Source: Trueperaceae bacterium (GTDB lineage: Bacteria; Deinococcota; Deinococci; Deinococcales; Trueperaceae). Taken from it: a stretch of 42,261 bases of DNA. The notes beneath the pieces were generated by a model. It was not told the origin of the DNA. It made no database searches and saw nothing but the letters and a program-made list of their open reading frames with translations. Of the stretch, positions 18,452 to 28,129 are shown one piece after another; position 1 is the first letter of the stretch, and every line of letters starts with the position of its first letter. Both the position numbers and the translations under genes were made by a program. Location of the stretch: the NCBI GenBank assembly GCA_035703635.1, contig DASSXV010000079.1, positions 1 through 42,261 on the forward strand, given 5' to 3'.

Positions 18452-19786
18452 CTAACGGCTTACCTCGTCCAGGTAGGCGCTTAGGATTCTTGAGGATGGG
18501 TAGCTCGACATGGACGCGATTCCGTTCGCTAGCTCAATTGGGAACAATGCGCCCTCGAACCTGTGACTGAGTAGGCTAGGCAGAGTCGCTAGGATTCGGT
18601 CGAGGCCGATAAGGTCATCGGCTGTCGGGAAGTTCCCCGAGGGATCATAGGCGCCAGTGGGTACGCTAAGCACAAGGTGTGTCCCTGGCGCAAACTTCAC
18701 GTACACTTTTTCGCCCCAGTTAGTCCTTGACCCGTAGGGACTCGCCTGTTCGGGAGATCTATGGACCTCGCGGCGCACGTAGTCGTGTGAGAGAACATAT
18801 ACACTGGGCGCCCCACCTCGCTCTTCTGGGGGGGCATAGTTTGCTATGGAGCTGAGGTGATCGACAAAAGCCCCACTCTTCTCTTGTCCTAGCAAATGTA
18901 CGGGCCGTCCAACCAACTTCGCGTGCTGGAGGAACGCCCTAATGTTCGGGACCAGTTTGGAATACTGGCCACGTAGGGTAAGAGGACCATCCTTGATGAA
19001 CAGGGCCTCAGAGACTGCGCGCTTGTCCGAGTAGTGCCAAAGTAGCCGGACGGCCGTAAATAGCATGAGCGTTTCCATGGTTAGCATATAGGCAGCGGCC
19101 ACGGCGTCCGGAGCGCTATCCTCGCCCATGTCGAGATGGAAGCCCAGCATGTCGGTAAGGAAGATGGTTCCCCCGCAACAGGGACATGCACTCTCGTCAG
19201 CGTTGGCCGGTAAGATCGCATCTTCGTTTGCGCAGTGAGGACAACTGAACTGAGGTGATGGTGTTTGGGTACAGGCCCACTTGCTATAGGCCAACCATTT
19301 CAGGGTCTCAAAGAAGGCTCCCTGCTCATCAATTCGAATAGAGTCGCGCACAATTTGGCGAACCGCTTCGTAATTTGTGCCTTTCGGCGTCCGGACGTTT
19401 TTCAGAGGCAACACCGTGGCATGAAATACTGCGCTACCGGTCATTACGTCCCTAAGGAGCAACGGGTGGGGATGCGTGTTGTCGATAGCGGCCAACCGTG
19501 TTCGATCGATAGTCAATAGGGCCGTCTTGATGAATGAAACTTCTTTGGGTGGCCTGCCGGTGGAGGCTACCGTGACATATGAACCATCTACAGCCCAGAT
19601 GTTCCTTAGAGGTGTTGCCTCAGTCTCGAGTTGAAGCCACTCGGTTTGACTGGGATCGTCAGTGACGGCTTCTGTGGACTCAAACTCTTGTACGAGCGAG
19701 CTAACCCACTCACTTTCTAGAACCGTAAGATGTCCGAGTTTGGAGGCCGTCTCGCGTGGCAGGCGCGTGCCTTCGTTAAATGCCAT
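18452..19786 (-). CDS. NurA-like nuclease (RNase H/PIWI fold) with CxxC insertion
   Basis: WAVDGS, FIKDGPL, QEKSG, LFPIELAN; CPHC...CPCC insertion; directly downstream of HerA. Confidence 0.8.
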   Translation of the reverse strand: MAFNEGTRLPRETASKLGHLTVLESEWVSSLVQEFESTEAVTDDPSQTEWLQLETEATPLRNIWAVDGSYVTVASTGRPPKEVSFIKTALLTIDRTRLAAIDNTHPHPLLLRDVMTGSAVFHATVLPLKNVRTPKGTNYEAVRQIVRDSIRIDEQGAFFETLKWLAYSKWACTQTPSPQFSCPHCANEDAILPANADESACPCCGGTIFLTDMLGFHLDMGEDSAPDAVAAAYMLTMETLMLFTAVRLLWHYSDKRAVSEALFIKDGPLTLRGQYSKLVPNIRAFLQHAKLVGRPVHLLGQEKSGAFVDHLSSIANYAPPEERGGAPSVYVLSHDYVRREVHRSPEQASPYGSRTNWGEKVYVKFAPGTHLVLSVPTGAYDPSGNFPTADDLIGLDRILATLPSLLSHRFEGALFPIELANGIASMSSYPSSRILSAYLDEVSR

Positions 19787-19794
19787 TGGGTCCC

Positions 19795-21804
19795 TTAGGC
19801 CTCGCCCTCGGCCGCAGCCGAGGTTTCGAATAGCTTGGCCTGTACTGGAATCACGAACCGGTGCGACATGGTCAACATACGCATGAGCCCAGGGGTTCGA
19901 GCACGGAGAATGTCGCCTTCGATCCCTGAGAAGGCAACTTGGACTCGGGAAAGGGCCTTAGCTTCATCCTGGCTCGAAAGGTGCCCGACGAAGAAGTTTT
20001 CTGTTTGCGCAAGCAGTTCGCGATTTATTGTCGAAGGAGACTGAGTGGAGTAAACCATGCCGATGTGGAATTTCGCCCCCTCCTTAGCAAAGCGAGCATA
20101 GACTCCTGTTAGGTCCTTGTTATCCGGCGGGAACAAGTTGTGCGCTTCTTCAAAGTAGATCTGAATAAAGTGGTCACCTAGCGCGTTGCGGACAAACTTC
20201 GCCTCTTGGTGACTAAACACCTCTCGAGAGAGCATGTCGGCGAAGTAGCGGCGGATCTCATCAGTCGCGTTGCCGAGATCCAAGATTACAGTTTTTCCGG
20301 CATCGAGGAGAGCCAAGATGTCGGTGACGAAGTTCCCAGCATCAGGAGCGTGATACACGAGGTAAGGGCGCAACACACTGGGACCACTTCCGCTCCCTGG
20401 ACGCAAGAAGTCCAAGAGCGCAATGTCTTCCGGGTCAAACGTTGATTTTCCGTTTCTACCTTCGAGTGCACTGTGGTCCGGATTGTTACGCCGGAACTCA
20501 GCTATTACCTCTAGTTCCGAGCGCAGGGCATCGAGGCTGTCAGGATGACTTGGTGGATCTTGATCCTTCACTTCCCTATATGCTGCTGTGCGTAGCCCCG
20601 AAGCAAAGTGTGGATTGAAGTCGCGAGTGTTGACATCTCTGAGGCCTAGTGCCCTAAGGCGGTCTTCGTCTGCGCGGTAGTTAGCCTTCTTCAGGATTGC
20701 CCAGTACATCTGGACTTTCCTGATTGCCCTGACCTTTTCACTCGTACCGAGTCCGCTAATGTCTTCTAGCTCAGGAAGTTCCACGCTCGAAAAGCTGCGG
20801 ATGTAATTTGCGTTCTGATTGTCCTGCTTCAGCATGGTTCCAAGAATGTTGAGGCACGATGCAGGCTGTTCGTAGAAGTTCAACCGTAGTGGTCTTGAGG
20901 GTGTTTCGGCATGTTGGGTCAGCGCATATACTTCACAACGGCCAGGGTAGGCAGAGTACAGCGAGAGATTCTGCTCGTTAGTATTCGCGTATTCGCCGTT
21001 TATGTCAAAAATTAGTTGTCCGACGCTTTTGTCGACGTCAGTCTCATCGATCATGCCCTTAGCCAGGAGTTTCACTACGTTCGATTTGCCGAGGCGGGTC
21101 TTACCAAACATAGCGGTGCGGCGTCCCTTGAAGTCCTTCATTGAGATCTTCACTGGAATGGTCGGGGGGGTTCCGCTTAGGGTAAGGCGGCACTCCATTG
21201 TGCGGAGGGCCCCTAACTCGGATTGTAAGCTGCGTGTGACCATGCCGTTCACTATCAAGTCCAGTAGAGCCTCGTCAGGTGCGTAGACCTTGTAGCGATG
21301 GGCGCTCACTACGTTGTTGACGTCGCCAGAGAATGCCAAGTTGTTGCTTTCATCAGGATCGGCGTAGAACATGCCTAGGACGTCGCATTCTAGAGCTCCC
21401 CACTGCAATTCGCTCTGCGTCCAAACATCTAGCTCAGGCATAGCTTTCTTGTGCAGTTCAAAATATGTCTGTTGGACTTGATTGCTTAGGGGCGTTGCCG
21501 ATACCCCAGTTACGCGCAGCAAGGTGAAATGTGGTGGTAGGTCACCTGGGTTGTTAGGTGTCATGATTAGGAATGAACCCCGAGGAATGCCGCCTACCGC
21601 AAGCTTGTATGGGTCAGAGGTGATGATTCTCGCGGTGTCATATCCTAGGTCGAGGACATAGCCTACGAACCGCATATCCGAAACTTGGCGTCCCGCCTCG
21701 CGTGTCGCCTCAGCTTCCATAAAACGGCGCAGCGCAGAAATCGGATTGTCTTGCACGGTGCTGGTTGCGATCATTGATCCCAGGCTTGTTGCGCTAACTG
21801 TCAT
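19795..21804 (-). CDS. HerA/FtsK-superfamily ATPase (DUF87-like, N-terminal HAS-barrel-like region)
   Basis: Walker A GKTRLGKS, FDINGEY, Walker B IYFEEAHN, AKEGAKF, STQSPS. Confidence 0.88.
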   Translation of the reverse strand: MTVSATSLGSMIATSTVQDNPISALRRFMEAEATREAGRQVSDMRFVGYVLDLGYDTARIITSDPYKLAVGGIPRGSFLIMTPNNPGDLPPHFTLLRVTGVSATPLSNQVQQTYFELHKKAMPELDVWTQSELQWGALECDVLGMFYADPDESNNLAFSGDVNNVVSAHRYKVYAPDEALLDLIVNGMVTRSLQSELGALRTMECRLTLSGTPPTIPVKISMKDFKGRRTAMFGKTRLGKSNVVKLLAKGMIDETDVDKSVGQLIFDINGEYANTNEQNLSLYSAYPGRCEVYALTQHAETPSRPLRLNFYEQPASCLNILGTMLKQDNQNANYIRSFSSVELPELEDISGLGTSEKVRAIRKVQMYWAILKKANYRADEDRLRALGLRDVNTRDFNPHFASGLRTAAYREVKDQDPPSHPDSLDALRSELEVIAEFRRNNPDHSALEGRNGKSTFDPEDIALLDFLRPGSGSGPSVLRPYLVYHAPDAGNFVTDILALLDAGKTVILDLGNATDEIRRYFADMLSREVFSHQEAKFVRNALGDHFIQIYFEEAHNLFPPDNKDLTGVYARFAKEGAKFHIGMVYSTQSPSTINRELLAQTENFFVGHLSSQDEAKALSRVQVAFSGIEGDILRARTPGLMRMLTMSHRFVIPVQAKLFETSAAAEGEA

Positions 21805-21819
21805 TTCGTGTCTCCCCCT

Positions 21820-22653
21820 CTATTGTGTAGCTAGGACAACGAGCTCCTCGTACTGTTTCCGCATTTTCGGCTTTGCTGAAATCGAGCTGAAACGGGAGAC
21901 CGTTTCAATCTCGAAGTCATACTTGGCGTAAAGCGCACGCAGGGACGGATGGTTCGCGTTAGTAGCTACCACTAAAGCGCCACGGTCACGTGCTTCTGCT
22001 AGGGAGCGTGCGAGGCGCTCCTGATCCTGCCACGAGAACAACCGCTCGTTGTACTTAATGAAGCCATTGAGATTGTGGCTAACAGTATACGGGGGATCCG
22101 CAAAGATTAGGTCGCCCTCTTCTGCCTCGTCGATAAGCGGCTGAAAGTCGCTAGCTAGCAGTTCTGTGTCGGCTAGAAGCTCTGAGACCGCATCGAAGGC
22201 ATCTGTATCCAGCAGAACGCGGTCTTTTGTGCCGATGGGAACGTTGAACTGCCCCTGCTTATTGACGCGGTAGATCCCGTTAAAACAAGTCCGGTTTAGG
22301 TAGATTGCTCGAGCAGCCAACTCCAACGGGTTCGTTGGGCTGCTGCCCCTCACCTTGTAGTAGTAGGCCTTGCAGTGTCTCGCCTGATGGTGCGAGAGAA
22401 GCCGAGTGATGCCTTTCCAGTCATCTCTCACCGCTTGATAGGTGGTGATGAGCTCTGCGTTTGTATCTCCGAGCGTGGCCGATTGGGGGCGGAGGTAAAA
22501 AAACACTGCGCCAGCACCGAGAAAGGGCTCAATGTAGCGGTTGAAGGTTCTGGGTAACAGTTCACGGTGGTTTGTAACGAACCACCGCTTGCCGCCGGGC
22601 CACTTAAGAAATGGACCTGCCTGCTTTTCGGAATGACTAGTAGTTTTGTCCAT
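21820..22653 (-). CDS. Dam-family (D12 class) N6-adenine DNA methyltransferase
   Basis: PFLKWPGGKR, YIEPFLGAGAV, YLNRTCFNGIYRVN..GQFNVP, FADPPY. Confidence 0.93.
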   Translation of the reverse strand: MDKTTSHSEKQAGPFLKWPGGKRWFVTNHRELLPRTFNRYIEPFLGAGAVFFYLRPQSATLGDTNAELITTYQAVRDDWKGITRLLSHHQARHCKAYYYKVRGSSPTNPLELAARAIYLNRTCFNGIYRVNKQGQFNVPIGTKDRVLLDTDAFDAVSELLADTELLASDFQPLIDEAEEGDLIFADPPYTVSHNLNGFIKYNERLFSWQDQERLARSLAEARDRGALVVATNANHPSLRALYAKYDFEIETVSRFSSISAKPKMRKQYEELVVLATQ

Positions 22654-23095
22654 GCGACTCTAAGAACCCCCGCCCTATCCCAGTTCCTTGGCTGGTTCGA
22701 GTGGTTTTCCAACACGAACGAGCGCGCTTGGCGGCTGCCCCCGCCCTAGATAATGTCGGCTCCACTCCATAGGTGTGAGTTGGCCCCTTTACTGGCTGAT
22801 AGTTCCGTCAACTGTAACAGGCGTTCTGTTGAGGTGCACTCCCATACCCTCGTGGGAGGACGACGTCCGCTACCGGCCTGGTAGAACTCAATTCATCACT
22901 TACAAGTGCAAGGCCCGGGGTTCCATAGTAGGGGCATCACTTCTAGGGTCGACACGAAGCACGCCGGTACGGCGTTCTCGCCATTTGGTTAGAGATACGT
23001 TGTGGCGTCGAACGATCCTAATTCTGGGCGGGAGCTCGTGGCAGGCCCATGTTGCACCCGCCACGGCCAAGGCTATCTACTTCGTTCCTGGAGAC

Positions 23096-24301
23096 TTAGG
23101 CAAGCCTCTTGTAGATTGAGGTGATCTGACGCAGAGCGCTGTAGCAGGCCTTGCTCTTGCCCATCGTCTGGGGGTTGTGGTTAGCGATCTCCTGATATGC
23201 AGAAGCCGCAACCCCAATAAGCTCGGCATCCAGCTCATCTTCGTCGACCCTCTCGGACGGTTGGATCTTCCAGCCGTCCGCAGTCTTAACGGCGAAGACA
23301 GACAGAGAGGCCAGGATAGGGAAGATGATGCCGTCGGGAATCTCGACGATTCGATTGCGATCGTCTCGCTCGATGCTCCGGATTCGGGTACCAACGAAAC
23401 CGCCGTGGGTCTTCCACTTGTTGTACAGCTGAAGGGCCTGCGCGGGCACATCTAAGTAGAACTCGTAGAGCGCCTTGTTCTTCTTGTGGTCCGGAGACTT
23501 CGGATCCTTGGCGCTCTCAAAGATCTTCTGGAAGTCCTTAAGGCACCTGGTCTTCTGGCTGTAGGTGTAGGCCTTGTTCACTTCGCCCGGCCGACCCCTT
23601 TCCTCAGGGGACAGTAACAGCTCTTCCGGAACGAGCGCTGCTGTCACTTGCAGAAGACGTTCCGTAGCGACAAAATCTTCGGATAGATCCGTTTCGGACT
23701 TCCGCAGCTTCATGTCTGGATCCTGCCGCTGCAGGCTAGCTTCAAGTTCGTCGAGTTGCCCCAGGCGCCCGGCGATGGAGATCGACATCACATCGTTCTG
23801 GAAGTTTCTAGCGATAGACGTCTCAGCAATGAGGTCTTCATCGTCCGTGACGATCACCTCGTACTTGACGAGGACGTCGCTGATGAGATTTTCAGGACCA
23901 CCGATTTCTTTCAAATAGTCCTTAATGACGCCCTGGGTTTGAGAGCCATTAATTATGCTTGGGCCGACTAGCCTCAAGATTCTCTTGGAGTCGTCGACCT
24001 TGCAGTCTCGGGCCACGATGACCACCCCACTGTTCAACACGGAAAAGTTGTCCGAGTTGTTCTGGAGGGTGTCTCGAATGGCTGTGTGGACTTGCTTAGG
24101 AACCTTCTTGCGACCCGGAACGTCCATTAGGTAGGCCCGGACGTTTTCGTCTGTGGGCAGACCAACGATGGATGAGATCGGCGCTTGACCGACGTACACC
24201 CTGCGTCCGTACTCTTGTTCTTTGGCTGAGGATATGTTTCTGATCGAGTCGGCCTGGAACTCGAAAGTCCGGCCCATGGGGACAGCGCTTGCGTCACTCA
24301 T
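23096..24301 (-). CDS. AIPR-family protein
   Basis: ENVRAYL...IRDTL...FSVLNSGVVIVA...SIINGSQT...IARNFQNDV; start re-placed at ATG 24301 after an AGGAGG RBS. Confidence 0.85.
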   Translation of the reverse strand: MSDASAVPMGRTFEFQADSIRNISSAKEQEYGRRVYVGQAPISSIVGLPTDENVRAYLMDVPGRKKVPKQVHTAIRDTLQNNSDNFSVLNSGVVIVARDCKVDDSKRILRLVGPSIINGSQTQGVIKDYLKEIGGPENLISDVLVKYEVIVTDDEDLIAETSIARNFQNDVMSISIAGRLGQLDELEASLQRQDPDMKLRKSETDLSEDFVATERLLQVTAALVPEELLLSPEERGRPGEVNKAYTYSQKTRCLKDFQKIFESAKDPKSPDHKKNKALYEFYLDVPAQALQLYNKWKTHGGFVGTRIRSIERDDRNRIVEIPDGIIFPILASLSVFAVKTADGWKIQPSERVDEDELDAELIGVAASAYQEIANHNPQTMGKSKACYSALRQITSIYKRLA

Positions 24302-24501
24302 TTTGTACCTCCTGGCTCTGGTCATCCGGTCAAGGCCGCCGAGATCCACTCGGGGCAGGATGTACCGCCGACGCAAGGTGTACCACGAGGACCCGCGTCT
24401 CGTCAACCCATCCAGATCCACGTCCGCGTCTAGTGTCTGTGGCGCCATGCACAATGGTCGCTAGTAGGGCGAGCTGAACACGGGGCGGCTGCAATGGGCT
24501 C

Positions 24502-24548
24502 TCGAACACATCGAACACATGCAGCTGTACAGCTTATGTACAGCTTAT
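24502..24548 (+). repeat. attR arm repeats: TCGAACACA x2 and GTACAGCTTAT x2
   Basis: 9-bp tandem at 24502-24519; 11-bp tandem at 24527-24548 identical to 3949-3970. Confidence 0.8.
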
Positions 24549-24662
24549 CGAGCGCCATCAGGTGTACCGGACCGGCCCGAGGCGGCATGGCTACCGCTAG
24601 AAGCCGCGTGTAGGACCACGTTTCGCCACTTGGCGATTTCGGGCATCACGTACTGCTTGCAG

Positions 24663-24708
<46 letters not shown>

Positions 24709-24721
24709 CTTAAGCGGCGTC

Positions 24722-25414
24722 CTAAACGCCAACCTGAAGCCCCGGCGCTAAGTCGGGGCTTTTTCGTTCCGCAGCGGCTGGCCGTGGGTTCACGTCAGCG
24801 ATCACCGTGAGTAGCGCAGTGGCGTCCATGTTCGCGCCGAACGCGGGTTTACCGGGTTGGAGCTGCGCCCCGGCGGCCAGCGGGCCGATCAGGAGCGGGT
24901 CGAAGCCGAGTTCGTTGATGAGCGCGGCAACTAGCGCGTTGTCTTCGGCGTCATCGCCTGCGATGGCTACGGCTTTCCGCCCTGGCGCTCCAGCTGGGCG
25001 GGCACCAGCTTCGAGGTCGTGGTAGCCCACGTGGTTCAGGGCCTTCACGACGCGGGCGTTCGTCAGGTAGGCGCTGACGATCTCGCTGCTCGTCGTGCTC
25101 GGGTCGTTGAGGTCATCTCTCACGCCGTCGGTTTCCCACCAATGGTTCATGGCGTCGATCACGAGCTTTCCCGCCAGTTCGGCTGCTGGGATGGTCTTGT
25201 ACTTTCCCAGTGGCAGCGCGAGGATCACTATGTCGGCACCGCGGGCGGCCTCGGCGGGCCATACGGGCCGCGCGCCTGGTGTTAGCACCTCGGTGGTGAG
25301 GGCTATCTTGTCTGGGTCACCGGAGCCGGCGATGAGCACGTCGTGGCCGGCGGCTAGCGCTAGGCGCGCTAGCACCGTTCCGAACTTGCCAGCTCCTAGG
25401 ATGCCGATGGTCAT
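24722..25414 (-). CDS. NAD(P)-binding oxidoreductase, NADPH-dependent F420 reductase-like family
   Basis: [35 protein letters not shown]. Confidence 0.85.
   Translation of the reverse strand: MTIGILGAGKFGTVLARLALAAGHDVLIAGSGDPDKIALTTEVLTPGARPVWPAEAARGADIVILALPLGKYKTIPAAELAGKLVIDAMNHWWETDGVRDDLNDPSTTSSEIVSAYLTNARVVKALNHVGYHDLEAGARPAGAPGRKAVAIAGDDAEDNALVAALINELGFDPLLIGPLAAGAQLQPGKPAFGANMDATALLTVIADVNPRPAAAERKSPDLAPGLQVGV
24738..24764 (+). terminator. Intrinsic terminator, probably the original tRNA terminator displaced by integration
   Basis: AGCCCCGGC-GCTAA-GTCGGGGCT followed by TTTT, about 30 bp after attR. Confidence 0.7.
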
Positions 25415-26490
25415 CGAGCCACTTGCTCCTTGGAGGCTTCCTCGGCCAGGAGCTCGCGTACGAGGGGCATCACTTCGGCGCCGAAGAGCTCAACCGTGCG
25501 CATGCGCGCGCTAGCCGGGACTTTCCCGCCGGTGGTGTAGATGAGGTCGAAGCGTCCAACGTCGAGGGCGGTCACGGCGCGGGCGATCTTGCGGGCCACC
25601 GTTTCGGGCGAACCGACGTAGAGCGAGCCGTGCGCGATCTCGGCCTCGTACTGCGCGCGGCTGTGCGGCGGCCAACCGCGTTCTCTACCGATGGAATCCA
25701 TCAGCTCCTTGTAGCCGGGGAAGTGCAGCTCCTTGGCCTTCTCGTCGGTGTCGGCGATGAAGCCGGGCGAGTGCATGCCGACCGGCGATGCGGTGGTGCC
25801 GAGTTGGGCGGCTGCGCGCCTGTACAACTCGACGTATGGCGCGAACCGCTCTGGGGCGCCACCGATGATGGCGAGCATGAGCCCGAACCCGTAGCGCGCC
25901 GTGCGCACGACGGACTGCGGCGAACCGCCGACGCCGACCCACGTCTTGAGGCGCCCGGATTCGGTCTTCGGGAACACGTCCGCGCCTTCCAGTGGGGCGC
26001 GGGTGGTGCCGCTCCAGGTAACCGGCTTCTCGTCGAGCAGCATGTGGAACAGGTCGATCTTCTCGTCGAAGAGGAGCTCGTAGTCGGCGAGGTCGTAACC
26101 GAACAGCGGGAACGATTCGGTGAACGACCCGCGCCCGAGGATCACTTCCGCGCGGCCGTTCGAGAGGGCGTCGACCGTGGCGAAGCGCTCGAACACGCGC
26201 ACGGGGTCGTCTGACGAGAGCACGGTCACGCCCGACGCCAGGCGGATGCGTTCCGTGCGCGTTGCGATGCCAGCGAGGACCGTCTCGGGTGAGGAGATCG
26301 AGAACTCGTGGCGGTGGTGCTCGCCTAGGGCGATCACGTCGATGCCGACCTGGTCGGCCACGACGGCCTCGTCGACGGTGGCCCTGATGGCCTTGGCGTA
26401 ACTGACAACGTTGCCGTGGTCGTCTAGCGGGAGGTCGCCGAAACTGTCGATGCCGAACTCGATGTCGGCGATATCGATCTTGTCGCTCAT
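25411..26490 (-). CDS. LLM-class flavin-dependent oxidoreductase
   Basis: [36 protein letters not shown]...[13 protein letters not shown]. Confidence 0.92.
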   Translation of the reverse strand: MSDKIDIADIEFGIDSFGDLPLDDHGNVVSYAKAIRATVDEAVVADQVGIDVIALGEHHRHEFSISSPETVLAGIATRTERIRLASGVTVLSSDDPVRVFERFATVDALSNGRAEVILGRGSFTESFPLFGYDLADYELLFDEKIDLFHMLLDEKPVTWSGTTRAPLEGADVFPKTESGRLKTWVGVGGSPQSVVRTARYGFGLMLAIIGGAPERFAPYVELYRRAAAQLGTTASPVGMHSPGFIADTDEKAKELHFPGYKELMDSIGRERGWPPHSRAQYEAEIAHGSLYVGSPETVARKIARAVTALDVGRFDLIYTTGGKVPASARMRTVELFGAEVMPLVRELLAEEASKEQVAR

Positions 26491-26520
26491 GTTGTCGCTC
26501 CTAACGTGGGAGTTGTGGGG

Positions 26521-26976
26521 TTACTTCTGCGCACGGTCTATTTTGCGCAGCAGGCGCAGCAGTTCCTGCTGCTCGCTGGCGTCTAGTGCCGCCATGCGCT
26601 CCGCCTGCCAGCACTCGTGTTCCGGCACCGCTCTGGCGGTGAGGGCTTGGCCAGCGGGGGTGAGGTAGATGCGGTTGCTGCGGCCGTCGCGGCGGCGTTC
26701 GACCAGTTGCTTCTTCTCCAGGCCGTCGAGCAACTGGCAGACGTTGCCCTGGGTGACCAGGAGGCTGTCCGCGAGCTCCTGTTGGCTCGGGCCGGGGGCC
26801 GCTCCAACCTGCGCCAGTGCGTCGAATTGGGCTGGCGTGAGGTCGAACTCGCGGAGGTGGTCGGCAGCGGCGCGCTGCGTGCGGCTGACGACGCGCACCA
26901 TGCGCAACCACGCCAATAGTGGCGGCGATCGCAGCACGCGTGATCTTGGGATGCGGTAGGGGCTCACTTCTTGCAC
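26521..26976 (-). CDS. MarR-family transcriptional regulator
   Basis: LTPAQFDAL...SQQELA...GNVCQLLDGLEKKQLVER..DGRSNRIYLTPAG. Confidence 0.93.
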   Translation of the reverse strand: MQEVSPYRIPRSRVLRSPPLLAWLRMVRVVSRTQRAAADHLREFDLTPAQFDALAQVGAAPGPSQQELADSLLVTQGNVCQLLDGLEKKQLVERRRDGRSNRIYLTPAGQALTARAVPEHECWQAERMAALDASEQQELLRLLRKIDRAQK

Positions 26977-26981
26977 GCCTT

Positions 26982-27011
26982 CAGTTTAGGTCTAAACTGT
27001 CGCTGGGTCAA
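26982..27011 (-). promoter_or_regulatory. marR promoter with overlapping palindromic operator
   Basis: Minus strand TTGACC-N17-TAAACT, 6 nt before the GTG; palindrome CAGTTTAG-GT-CTAAACTG (26982-26999). Confidence 0.85.
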
Positions 27012-27025
27012 GCTGCGCGAGGCGC

Positions 27026-27055
27026 TTGACGACCTAACACTTTAGGTCTAAAGTG
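27026..27055 (+). promoter_or_regulatory. Dioxygenase promoter with overlapping palindromic operator
   Basis: TTGACG-N17-TAAAGT; palindrome CACTTTAG-GT-CTAAAGTG (27038-27055). Confidence 0.85.
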
Positions 27056-27133
27056 AAAAAATCGGGGTTAGCCAGGCGCGGGCCGCTGCCCCTCTCACGA
27101 AGAGACGGCTACCGCCTCAAGGAGGCCAACCAC

Positions 27134-28129
27134 ATGCTTCAACTCACCGGAATCCACCACGTAAGCGCCCTCACCAACGACATCCAAGGCAACCACGACT
27201 TCTACACGGGCGTCATGGGTCTCAGGCTCGTCAAGAAGACCGTCAACCAAGACGACCCGAGCATGTATCACCTCTTCTACGCCGATGCACCCGGCTCTGC
27301 CGGCACGGACATGACCTTCTTCGACATGCCGCTGGCGGCCCGCGAGCGGCGCGGCAACCGCAGCATCAGCCGCACGACCTTCCGCGTGAACGGCGAAGCC
27401 AGCCTGCGCTATTGGGAGGAGCGGCTCGCAGCGCACGGCGTCAGCCATTCCGGCGTGACCAGGCGCGACGGGCGCCTCCACCTCGACTTCGAGGACAAGG
27501 ACGGTTTCGTCGCCAGCTTGGTGGACGACGGCGGCGTAGGTGACGCGCACCCCTGGGACCTCAGCCCAGTACCAGCAGAACACCAGATCCGCGGCCTCGG
27601 GTACAGCGTCATTACGGTGCCGGAGCTTGGGCCAACCCACGACTTCCTCACCGGAGTCTTCAACCTGAGGGCCAGCCGCACGTACCCTCACCCTGAGTCT
27701 CCAAGTGACGCCGTGCACGTGTACTTGTTGCAAGGCGAAGGCCCCGCCGCAGAGGTGCATGTGGCCGTAAGGCCCGGACTTGGGCGCACGCGCTACGGCT
27801 CCGGCGGCGTGCACCACGTGGCGCTGCGCGTACCGAACGACGAGCAGTACCACCTCTGGACGCGGCGGCTCGAAGAGACCGGCATGGCGTTCAGCGGCGA
27901 GGTTGACCGCTACTACTTCCGCAGCCTCTACATCCGAGAGCCAGGCGGCATCCTCTTCGAGCTCGCCACGGACGGCCCAGGCTTCAGCAGCGACGAACCC
28001 ACCGAAACCATGGGTCAAACGCTGGCGCTGCCACCGTTCCTCGAGCCGGACCGCGCGAAGATCGAGGCCAAGCTCAAGCCTCTCGGCGGCGGCATGATCA
28101 CCCAAGCCGCGGCGCCGGTTAACGCCTGA
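27134..28129 (+). CDS. Ring-cleaving dioxygenase (MhqA/MhqO-like VOC family)
   Basis: GIHHVSA...GLRLVKKTVNQDDP...GGVHHVALR...DRYYFRSLYIREPGGILFELATDGPGF; ATG 27134 after AAGGAGG. Confidence 0.92.
   Translation: MLQLTGIHHVSALTNDIQGNHDFYTGVMGLRLVKKTVNQDDPSMYHLFYADAPGSAGTDMTFFDMPLAARERRGNRSISRTTFRVNGEASLRYWEERLAAHGVSHSGVTRRDGRLHLDFEDKDGFVASLVDDGGVGDAHPWDLSPVPAEHQIRGLGYSVITVPELGPTHDFLTGVFNLRASRTYPHPESPSDAVHVYLLQGEGPAAEVHVAVRPGLGRTRYGSGGVHHVALRVPNDEQYHLWTRRLEETGMAFSGEVDRYYFRSLYIREPGGILFELATDGPGFSSDEPTETMGQTLALPPFLEPDRAKIEAKLKPLGGGMITQAAAPVNA

Noticed and set aside
22654-23095. 442-bp gap between AIPR and the methylase, with a + strand 114-aa ORF
   Set aside because: No RBS, motif, repeat array or convincing fold; antisense to the cassette.
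27095-28105. Long antisense ORFs (e.g. 27095-28105, 25423-26214, 10573-11397, 14963-15760)
   Set aside because: Typical high-GC shadow frames opposite well-supported genes.
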